64,000 nt of DNA, taken from contig CM119264.1 of assembly GCA_051294375.1 (NCBI GenBank), positions 19,723,590 to 19,787,589 of the forward strand, in the 5' to 3' direction. Source of the stretch: Paraspadella gotoi (lineage: Eukaryota; Animalia; Chaetognatha). Positions 28,401 to 40,741 of this stretch are shown here, in pieces (position 1 is the first letter of the stretch; each line of letters begins with the position of its first letter). The position numbers were made by a program, and so were the translations under genes. Below the pieces are notes generated by a model. That model was not told where the DNA came from, did not search any database, and saw only the letters and a program-made list of their open reading frames with translations.

Positions 28401-31400
28401 AATTTTCAATGATCACAATACAAAGATTTACCGACTTTTGATTAGAGAAGCAGTTGCTGAAGATGCTGGAGTCTACAAAGTTAAAGCAGTAAATGCAGCT
28501 GGGAAAGCTGAAACTAGTGGATGTCTTAGTATTGCAGGTATGTTATTTGTGAAATGCTGTAACATAATTTTTGTTTATTTATTGTTTTATTATTTATAAC
28601 AATTTTTAAATATTTTTTGAAAAGCCTAATTAGTGCTTAAAACTTGGCTTATTACCGATTTTGTAAATAATGATTATTTGCAAATATTAGTAAATAAAAT
28701 AACTCCTATTGGTTTATCAATAAAATATTATTTTTCAAATAAATTATTTTAAAAAATACTATAAAAAGTATATTATAAATACAATTTTATTTAATGAACT
28801 GAGATATGAGCATTGCAATAAGTACATTTTCATTTGAATTAATTTTTCATTAAATCTAATTATTAAAATATTCATTTACCAACTTCATTTTAAATAGAAT
28901 GTAAGTATTATATGTAGTCTAATTTCTTGCTGTTTGATTATATAAATTATATGAACAAATTCTTTTATGTTGATGATGGTTTTCAATAATAATCTGTCTT
29001 CTTACGTCGTACTTATTATTGTACTTATTGTCTTTCTTTAATAGTATTTTAAAATTTTCCTTGATCCCTTCTCATTAGCGCCCGAAAATTATTTTCTTCT
29101 CACTGTTTCAATTTATTTTATGTTTTTCTTCTAAAACACTATTTGCTGCCCTTTCTTATCTTGAAAATGAGACTCAGTAATCATGTTTACCTGAAGAAAT
29201 ATATTTGTTATGAATAGAATTACAATAATAACCAAAGCATAATTTTTTCTGTTGAGAAGTTCCAAATATTTTTTAGCCATTTCCCAGTTTTTAGATTCAT
29301 ACTTTGTGTAGAGAAGTGAAAGTACAGTGTGTTCCAATGGTACTGTCAGTTAACTTTTACATATTGTGCGGAACTGTGTTATTAAATGTTATTTCTGACT
29401 TCTGAGATTACAATATCAAAGATATATTCTTACCATTTATGATACTATATTTCGAATTCAATTTTTTTAAATTTTTCTTTGCAGAACATTCAATTTAAAT
29501 GAGTCATTATTTCTCACTTTTTTAATTTTTAGATTTTTTTTTACATTTAAATAAATTTTATTAAAAAAATTATGCAAGAAAATATTTGAAATAGATATAA
29601 ATTATTTAAATTTTAATTTGTATAAAATAAGTGCATTAATAAAAAGAAATAAACAAATAATAAAAAAAAATATGCTAGTATGGTAACGGAGGGACATGTG
29701 TAACGCCTGGGGTGTAAGGCACCTCCCGACAGCTGGGCTTTGGACCTGCAGTTACCACCCCATGGCATTGGCGTATTTATGACGACACCATCACACTTTA
29801 ACCAGCGTGACCTTAAGGGGATTGAACCCGGAAATCACGGTTGGTGAATGATTACTTAGCTGTCCAATAGAGCGTAGTGAAAGTTAAATACGAAAATTCT
29901 AAATATCAATTATGAACAACATACCATCAATGGATATTAAGTTTTAAAAAAAATCATTTTATGTTCTTCAATTTTTGCAGTAGGCTATATTTATATATAG
30001 TACTATCCTTATAAAATCGAAAAAATTCAAAATAGGCTTTTCTTAATTGTGATTGCAGATTTGAATTCCTCAGTCAAAAGTTGATAAAAGAAAATATAAA
30101 TCATTTTTAAATATTTTTTCAATGAGTGGGTTAAAAATTAAAAAAATTAAATTTAATATATAAAATTTTAATTTTCAGCTTAAAATATAGGTTTTTTTTA
30201 TATTTGATCAACTTAATGAAAGAATTTTTAAAAAAGAGTTATATTTCTTTATATCAACTTTTTATGACGAATCCAAATCTGCAAAAAAATCTTTAAAAAA
30301 TAATTTTAAAATTTTATCATTTATTGGATTAGTACTAGTATAAATATAGCCTACTGCGTAAATTGTAAAATTTATTATAAATTTTTTTATACATAAATGT
30401 TAATTAGTACAATGTTGTTCATTCCTCACTTTTAGAATTTTAATTACAGTTAAATTGATAATTTTTACTACGCCTTACTGTCCAAGCCAATGGGACGAGT
30501 TTCACCAAGCTATACGGGAGGCGAATTTAATTTTATTATTAAAAGTTGTGAGCGATTGAATCATTCAGCCAGAACAAAATGGTTGCTATTTATTCAATAA
30601 ATTATTATGAAATCAATTAAAAAAGTAACCAGTGGCTGCATCAATACATGTAAATCGCTTTCAAAGGCTTAAACTGAACTGTTACCGAGGCAATAATAAT
30701 ATTTTTTTTAAATTTGCATCATTTTTAACTTTTTCATTTTTTCATATTTTTCAGCTTGTATCAATTTTTTATCCTGCATTATTTTTTTAGCTTTTATCAT
30801 TTTTTAGCGTTTATCATTTTTTTAACTTGTATCATTTTTTCAACTTGTATCATTTTTTCAACTTGCATCATTTTTTCAACTTGCATCATTTTTTCAACTT
30901 GCATACTTTTTTCAACTTGCATACTTTTTTTAACTTGAATACCATGATGGAAAAAAGTGTCGCGGTTTGGAAAATTAAGTTAATTTTATTGTCAAATATA
31001 TTTTTTGGCTAATAAGTTTTAATACGTAATATGATCTCCCTAAGACTGAAAAAAATAATTATTTTTCAACAGCATTAAATTATTCAATGCATACTTCCAA
31101 AAAAGGTTGTCTCTAACTGTTTTCACTTCTTTTTGATTAAGAGAACTACTCATATTATTGTTAAAATTATATCTCTGACATAATATTTTTTATCAGATTT
31201 GGGGCAAAAAATGGTCCTTAGCAAGCAGTGAAAAAGATTAATACTCTATAGAGTAAACCAGGCCTGAGTTGTTGCTGCACAATGTGATAATTCATTGTTT
31301 TTTACTTCAACAAAATCTTTATTTTTTTATTTTTGGACTTGTTTGATATTTGATTCTGTAAATACATCCAAAAGTAAATAAAAACGATAACCTTTCTTAC

Positions 31401-34400
31401 AGAAAAGTTACCCGGAACCTTATAACTTTTATTGATACTTTACAATAGAGTGGAGCACTGGGGAACATAAATTTTATTTGAGTGAACAAACAAGGATATT
31501 TAGATAGTATGATTAAGGAGTACAACAAATATTTTGCTTATATGGTTTGAAGAACAGTATCATTAATTATAATATATTTATATAATATCCTTATAAAATC
31601 ATAAATTTTCAAATTAATTTTTTTTTAAATTTTTATTAAAGATTCTGATTCTTCATAAAAAGTTAGATCAAAAATATAAAATATGTTATTAAAAATTTTA
31701 ATGTCTTCAGCATCAAAAATAGGAAAAGTAGATCAAATTCTCCACTTTTTTACACTTTGTAGTAGAAACTATTATATGATAAAACGTTTTGGGCATTTTT
31801 CGCAGCTTTAACCTAAAAATATCATGTAACATATTTTACAAAAGTTTTTCAGTTTTTTCCGGCGAATCTGAAACTGTCCTTAAAATTAAAAAAAAAAGTT
31901 TTTGAAATTTTATGATTTTATAAGGATATTAAGGATATAAAAAAATTTAAATTAATGATACTGTTATGCAATTTTTTTTTTAAAAAAGGGCTTAATTATT
32001 TTTATTACATATACAAAGGCAGCAAAAAAACATTGATCCATCACTCCACTCTACAATTTAAAAATAATATTCTGTAACATCTACACTGTAGATTCTACAG
32101 CATCAATGTATTTTTAATATTGATTTTTTTTTACACATAAATGTTCATTAGTATAAGGTTGTTCGTTCCTCACTTTTAGAATTTTTATTAAAGTTAAATT
32201 TAGAAATTTTACTATGCCTTATTGTGCACCTATTCATTATAATGAATGAAAGTTTTTCGATCTGATATAGGAGCAGAAAGCTTTTCTTAACAGACAATAC
32301 CATTGGGATACACTGTAGTTCAAAATATTGGGTCCAGCACTTTTTTTGGAAATAACTTTGGGTCCTTTTAGAAGACAGATGATCCTAAATCAAAACCATT
32401 ATACTTTTAAAATCTTTATGATCTCAGCTTTCAACCGATACTTAGAAAGTTGAAAATTGATATAGCATATTGCTATAGTAAATACTTTTTCTAAATCTTC
32501 TTAATCTAGAAATGATATTTTTATGTTTCTTTAAATTCAGATTAACAAAACTTATTTACTTTATATTTGGATATAAAAGTATAAGTGAATACACGGTGAC
32601 CATTTGAAACCTGCCGCTTTAAAAAATTTACCATATGAAAATGCGTAGAGATTTTAACATTTTTAAAAATATATATTTAAAGACGAGACGTACTCATTTT
32701 TTTTATATAAATTTTTTGATAATTAATTTTATTTTTAGTTCGTAATGAGCGAAAAACAGTAAGGAGCAGATTAGAGCTTTTCAATCAGAAATAATTGATG
32801 GCTCTGTTAAACAATTATAATCTCACTAATTAGTGCTTATATAGGTATGATAAGAATTCCCGTTAAAAATTGATTCAGGAATATTGATTATAATTTCTTA
32901 AAGGTAGTAATTTACTTGCTACTGACTATTCTTAAAAGTAAGGTAGTTAAAATCTATACTGAAGAGACAGTAATTATTATTATGTGTTAGTGATAGAACC
33001 ATTCAATATAAGCAGTCCCTGAGCTTCGGATCAGGCTGTAACACCGAGTTACAGGCGGGTTAAGCACCCCGTCCCTCTTAACTGCTAGGCGACCACCGGG
33101 CTAGATGAACGGTTGGTGGATTTGAGTCCACCATACATCCCCCCCTCCCGTAGGGAGAAGTCTGTTGCGTCTCTTTGGTAAATTGTTGTTGTTTTTGGAA
33201 AGTTCATCACCAAGTTGAGGCATGTCGCCTGATGTGTTGTGGGCGGAAAGTGCATCGCCAGGTTGAGCATGTCGCCTGAAAGTGTTGTTGTTGCTGTTGT
33301 GTTTGGAAGTCGGGCTCACCAATGAAGAGACAGTAATTATTATTATGTGTTAGTGATAAAACCATTCATTATAAGCAGTCCCTGAGCTTCGGATCAGGCT
33401 GTAACACCGAGTTACAGGCGGGTTAAGCGCCCCGTCCCTCTTAACGGCTAGGCGACCACCGGGATAGAACCCCGGACGTTTGACTTGCCTCCGGCACCAA
33501 TGGCCGCTGATGAACGGTTTGTGGATTTGAGTCCACCATAATACCTTATAACTTTCACTTTGCCTCTTAAATAAATTTTTTATACTACAGAATCGAAAAT
33601 TGTTTCATAGTTTACAGTTTTTAAAGCGCTTTCAGGCAATATAAATGTTATTGTTATTTTTTAAAAGACTTTTTTATAAATTGTTCAGAAAATGGGATAC
33701 AAAAAAATTAGGCTAACTGAGCCGAGAGATCAGTTTCAAAGCTATCTTTTACCTCTTCCTGTTAAAGTAGAAGTAAACCGAAAGAAATGATATTTATTTA
33801 TACAAAATGTCAAAATGTCTTTAAGTATCTCTTTTCAGAATTTTAAAATCTCTTCACGTTTTCCTTTGGTAAATTTTTCCTAGCTGCGGGTTTCAAATGG
33901 TCACGGCGTAAAAATTCTAAATTTAACTTTAATTAAAATTCTAAAAGTGAGGAACGAACAACATTATACTAATGAACATTTATGTTTAAAAAAAAATTAT
34001 AATAAATTTTAAAATTGATGCAGTAGGCCATATTTATACTAGTATTAATCCAATAAATGTTAAAATTTTAAAATAGTTTTTTGTAAGATTTTTTTGCAGA
34101 TTTGGTTTCGTTTTGAAAAGTTGATATAAAGAAATATAACTCTTTTTAGAAAATTCTTTCATTAAGTTGATCAAATGTAAAAAACCTATATTTTAAGCTG
34201 AAAATTAAAATTTTACATATTAAATTTAGTTTTTTTAATTTTTAACCCACTTAATGAAAGAATTTATAAAAGTGATTTATATTTTCTCTTATCAAATCTG
34301 TAATAAAAATTAAGAAAAACTTATTTTGAAATTTTTCGATTTTAAAAGGATAGTACTATATAAAATATAGCTTACTGCAAAAATTGAAGAACATAAAATT

Positions 34401-37400
34401 AAGTTTGTTTACAAATTAAAGTTCAGTAATGGTATGTTGTTCATAATTGACATTTAGAATTTTTGTATGTAACTTTAACTACGCTCTAGTGTATAAGCAC
34501 AAACATATAAATATGCTCATTTTCAAAATAGGCAAGGAGCGTTCATTTATTCTTTTTTTTTTTGCTAACCATTTTTTAAAAGAATATTCCAAGAGTTCTT
34601 CGTACTGTAAATTATTTATTTCACTGAAAAGTGTATATTTTAGTCTCACAATTTCTTTCGAAGCAAGTATATGTACAACATATTGATTAACACATTAAAA
34701 ACTGATTTTATAAAAAAATAGAATTTATTTGAGATGGTTTTGATTGCATTTCAGACTCTACCGCATGATTTTTTATCACATGTAGTAAAAGCCAATCTAT
34801 ACAATTTGGTTCGAAATTCTTGGTCTTACATGTGCTATGATGTATGGGTGGGATATATTTCTGGACATACTTTTGAGTCCTGTCCTGTCTGAATGTTGTT
34901 AGAAACATAAATAAAATGAGTACCAAAATTAATTTACAGACTCAGACTTTCAGACTACAACAACAAACAAAATTATCTATTACCTGGCATTTCAGATTTT
35001 TTGAAAACATGAGTCGTTTTAAACATATATCATATATATATATATCATATATCATATCATTATTTTCGACTCTTTTCAGCCTTTTAAAACTATTCAAATT
35101 AAACCTATTCCAAGTTTTAGTATATGAAAAGCAAAAAAAATTCAGAAAATATTTTAAAGATAATGCTTAAACTATCATATACTGTTTATAATTTGTGCTG
35201 ATTTTTTTTTTATGCATTCAGTCTTCTTATTTCAGTCTACTTATTTAACAATACCGATAAACTTTTAAATAATTTTTTTTTAAAATTTGAATATGTATTG
35301 TATGCTTAGCGTTGCGATTGCTGAGTGGGTTAAGTTCGCGTTGATGTAATTGTATGGGTTAGAGCAATTGTAAGCTTATGGTTGAAGTTGAGCATAATAT
35401 TATGGTTAGGGTATATTATATATATTAAAAAGCTACATTATTAATTATCAAGAATGCTGTAGAACAATAACAAATCTATGATTTTATTCAAGTGGCGAGA
35501 AGATTTAATAAACAATTTTATTCGAGCTCTAAATTCATTGCCCCAAATATTATTAACTTATAATATAAAATGAATTTACCGTGGCCAAAAAGACAAAAAT
35601 TGTCAGTACTCACCTGCGCGAAAATCGCTCAAAAACATTTTTGACAGTCATTGTCATTTAATGCAACAGAAGACTATAATTTTGGATAACCTCAGAAATC
35701 TATTAAGTTTGATGTCAGTACCGAGTAAAGTGGGTGAGAGTACAGTCTGGAAATATCTTGCTAATTTACACATCCAATAATATGTCTTAGTTTCCAAGAA
35801 AATGTGTGCTGCAAAGGCAAGAGAAAAACAATGAAATTCAGTCAAATCAAATTAAATTTTGAGGCAACAATTTTTTTTGCTTTTAATCAAATATTTTTGT
35901 ACCTGGTATTACTATACCAAATTTTATGATAATGTTATAAACCTTAAGCTAATGACAAGAGATGAATCATTATTATGTTGTTAATGTATCTGCTGAGGTA
36001 AAGAAAAGAAGTGCTGTCAGTTATTTTATTACTTATTTGGTGAAGGTTCATGATGGTTATCCATGAATAAAAGATGCCATATTGCCTCATACAGTAAAGC
36101 ACCTTGTAGCCGACCTATGTCAATGTTGTTTAAATAGCCATATTTACTTTTGCCCCTCTCTGAATAGTGGGTACTGGAGATTTGATCCAAACCCTGAATA
36201 AAGAGGGTAAATTATAAATGAATTAGGGATAAAAATAGGAGTTCTTTTTATGTATTAATTTTGTTAAAAAAGAATATAAAAATATGCTTTTAAGTATTTT
36301 AAATATTCAATAATTAATAGCTTTTTAATAAATACAGAAACTAATTATCATAAAAGATATTTATTTAACTCTATGGAAGTTTAATTTAAAAATTCTAAAT
36401 AAATTAATCTTTAAAAATCTATTTTTCTATTATTCTTTGATTGAAAAAACTCTATTTGTTCTCCAATTTTCACTCTTTTTTACAGGTTTAAGCATTATAT
36501 TAAATTCTTCTTTTTTTTTACACAAACAGTAGTTTTAATTAAAAGCAAAAGTATTATTAAGTATTATTATTAAGTATTATTAAGCAAAAGTATTAAGGCC
36601 TCCTGATTATCCTTTAATTATAAATTTTTCCATAATAAGCGAAAGGATAAAAGAAACACCTTTTAAAATTAAAATACAGTTTCTAAGGACATGTTTCGAC
36701 TCTATGTTTCGAGTCTTCATCAGCAAGTGACTCGAAACATAGAGTCGAAACATGTCCTTAGAAACTGTTAAATAAATTGTTGTTCAGAAACGAAATTTTC
36801 GTTACACTCCTTAAACACACAAACAATAAAAAGAAAGATCGAATACAAATTAAAATACAAAAAACGTTCAACCAAACTTAAATAATCACAGCTGTGCATT
36901 GAAAAGATATAAAGTTACAATGATATAAACTTGTTATAATTAGATTTTTTTTCATTTTTTAGGTGCAATCACCATAATTTTTATAAACATGCGATTTATA
37001 TAATATATATAAAATATATACAATTTTATATGCAATTCAAATTTTAAATATTTTTTAGAAACAAAGTAATAACACTTTAATGTTTGAGAACAATGACAAT
37101 GTTTTTACAAATGGAATTGTTTAGATTAATTGTTAGTCTTTATCAGCGCAAATCATGTTGTGAAAAATTTGTCATGTCCGTTTTCATGTAAAAACATTGT
37201 TGTTGTCTTACTTCGTTTCTAAATCAAACGCAACTAATTGAAAGAAATACGATATCTAATATTTTTTTATAAACATATATTATTTTTTATTGGTTGTACT
37301 AATTTAATAAATATATTATTAGGGTTAGACCAAATTCAAATTTTAATGGTAACATCATTAAAGAAATCCATTATTGGTATTAGTTATTGTGTTAAACGAT

Positions 37401-40400
37401 TTTTTTGGAAAAATTATCTGAACAATGAGTAATTCGCTAATTTTAATTATTATATTGCTATATAATGCTAAAATTTTGGGGGGACATTTTAATTAATTTT
37501 ATTTATTTTGATAGAACTCAAAAAGTTAAATTAAAAATCTAATTACAACTTTTTAAAATTTTGATGTTTTATTACCGAAAATTATCACAAACTATTAAAA
37601 TCATTGTATAGTGATGATAATTTTTTAAGGTTTTTCTTAATTTTGACCTATTTATCATTAAAATATTGAAAAAAAGATTTATACTTTTATAAGCTATCTG
37701 AATCTGTTTTTAAAAGTACAAATTTTAAAAAAAATTAGACATTTCCTATATAAATAAATAATAAAAAATTAATTACAAGTGCTTGTAAGTTGTGATTTGG
37801 TTTTGATCATAAAATGAATAAAATATATATAAAGATTAATCGATTAAATTATTATTACATTAATATTTTTTTTAATTTAGACTTATTGAATACTATTTTT
37901 ATTTTTAAATGTTATGCTATGTTATGCTAATAAAATTTTTCAAAGCGCGGATACCTTTTTAACACAAACCTAGTCTAATATTATTAAAATATTAACAAAA
38001 CTTCTGTAACCTCTCTACTTCACTAATGTTTGCTGCTAAAAGTATTAGTTTTTAACATTTAAACCAGTTCTACCTATATTCGTTGTTGCAGCATGAATCA
38101 TCCAACTTCCCTTTTATGTCTGTGGTTTGGCCTACCTAGAAGTGTTTTGTATGGGATTTACATGTGGTTCAAAACAGGTTTTAAATATATTTTAGAGGAT
38201 TAGCGAACAAATTTCTTAGCTTTAAATATCCTAAATTTTAATTTAAAGGAACTGCATGTACCAATTATATTATGTAGCAATCTTAATATATTTTTAACAT
38301 TTTTTAATAAAGTATAAGCAGAAATTAAGAAATTTTATCCTTTAATCAGGAAATTTAAAAAACTGGAAAAATGCGGAATGGAGAATACAACGATACTGTC
38401 AACCAAGAAAACTCAACACAACTTCAACAGCTTTACATGTATCATCACATATAAGACAATAAAACTATCATGTATTAGAGAGCAAAATTTATTACATTAT
38501 TTTGCAATAATTTATCATGATATAATATAAAAAAATGTTGTTGAATATTTGAATTTGTGATTTTGCATAAAACTGTTTTTATGGTGTTCACATATTATTT
38601 CCATACAAGACATTTCTAGCATGGCCTGATTCTTTTCAATTTTTTCTGCAAATGAAAACATTTTTAGCTAATGTCATATTAGATTAGATCTAACATCTAA
38701 CATTTTGTTATACATAAATTTGCAGTAAGGATTACTGCCTACTTCTTAATTAACTTAATTTACTTAATTTTAAAAGGAATAAACAATATTTTTTTCTGAC
38801 TAGAATACAAAGGTCATGCAGTTATATTTTACCATTACAGTTTTATCCAGTTATGTGCATGATAATCTATAGCATGAGCTGCCTTATCCTGTTTTTGAAA
38901 AAAAAATATCCCTATAACCCTAGTGGAACTGTAATGATAAAACAATAATCTTTAAATTGTATCACTTTTTCTGAAAGTTATTTAAATTAGGTATGTTTAA
39001 ATATACCTAATATTTATATTTTTTGCTTAAAATATCTGAACTGGGCTGTTATTATTGTAATAAACTTAACACATTATCTTATCTGCATTGGCATCTGTTT
39101 TGGCAACATTTGCTATTATATATAGACTGTTCATACTTTTTTAAAATTTTTTTTTTCAATTCTTCAAAAAGTCAACGATGCTTTTATTGCCTTGACAAAA
39201 AATAATATATAGGAATAAGATATATAAAATTCAATCATGAAGATTTTCTATGAGCATTGTTTTTAATTTCATATATTTTAAATTGTAATTTACAAATTGA
39301 ATTCATGATTGATTTTAACTATATAAATTTAATTTTCTTCAAACCCTTTTATTTTTATTACTTATTTGTATATTTAAATAGCAGTATTAATATTTTTCCG
39401 CATTGTGATCAGTTTCCTTGCATAACTGATTTTACTGTACTAATTAATTTGATGTTTTATTAATGTTTTTATCAATATGAGTAGGGTACACTTAAAAAGA
39501 TTATATAAACTATATAAATGAATTTTCTCTTAAAAAGGCACTAAGTTTCAAAATCATTTGTTTAAAAAGGAGTGGACAGTCTATCTGTAGTTCAATTTTT
39601 TCCCTTGCACATGTAGTTCTGAAGATTGTAAATTTTCTAGCTATTATTTTCAGCAATTTACTTATTTTTCATGCCTGTTTTTTCAACATATTTTAAAAGT
39701 CAATAAAAATTGTTAATTAGATTAATGTTTTATTTGTATTTTTTGCAAAATTCATTTCTTTTAGCACCACCTGTTGTTACTGTGCCCTTGAAGGACATTT
39801 CAGAAAATGAACATGCTCAAGCCGTTTTTTCTTGTGAAATTGATGGGCTACCTCCACCAAAAATTGTTTGGTAAGGCATCAAAAAGAGAGCGATTTTAAA
39901 AAACTACATAATGAATAATTATCTATGACATTTTTCCCAGGAAAAAAGACGGAAAAGATCTTAAGCCAACTCATCGAGTAAATGCGATAAAGGATGGTAA
40001 TATTACTTACAAACTTGAATTTAGAGATTTGAAGGGGGAAGAAGATGATGGAGTGTATGAAGTTATTGCAACAAACAAAGAAGGTAAAACATATTCGAGA
40101 ATTGTGTATCTTTATTTCAATATTAAAATTACCGATCTGTTTATTAGGTATGATTTGTATATACATAGCATATATATAATCAGGGATGTGGAGCCGACCT
40201 AATTTTGTCTCGCCTCCATTTCCGGCTCCAGCTCTCTAATTGAAGAGTAAAATGAAAAAAAGAGAAATAAAACCTCATTTTTTTTGTCATAGGGGAGGTG
40301 AAGTCTTCAGCTAAATTGACCGTAAAAGGAGTTCCTCAAATAAAACGTCATCTGCAATCTTCCGAATTAAAAGAACAAGAAAAACTAATTTTGGACTGCG

Positions 40401-40705
40401 TTGTCACTGGTTATCCAGAGCCAAAATGCGTTTGGTCAAAAGGAGGAAATACCATTGAAGACTCAAGAGTAAAAGTAACATATGAAAAGGTAATCGAGCA
40501 TTTAACGTAGATAATACAGCTTTTTAGTCTGATTTGCTTATAACAGACTATATTGACTCTATAATTCATTTCATCTGTTGTGGATCTTGGCCATTTTCTG
40601 CTTGTCCAATGATTTAAAACATCCTAGAACGTCGAATTATAAATTATTGTGCGAAAAATATTCTCCGTCCGGAAATATTATGCCTCTCCTCCAAAATTTT
40701 AACCA

Positions 40706-40741
<36 letters not shown>

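Noticed and set aside
28900-39700. Nested gene in the 11-kb intron (ORFs 29131-29337 and 35654-35845; minus-strand GTGAGT donor near 35610)
   Set aside because: Stops in all frames examined and no recognisable domain. A non-coding exon cannot be excluded without RNA data.
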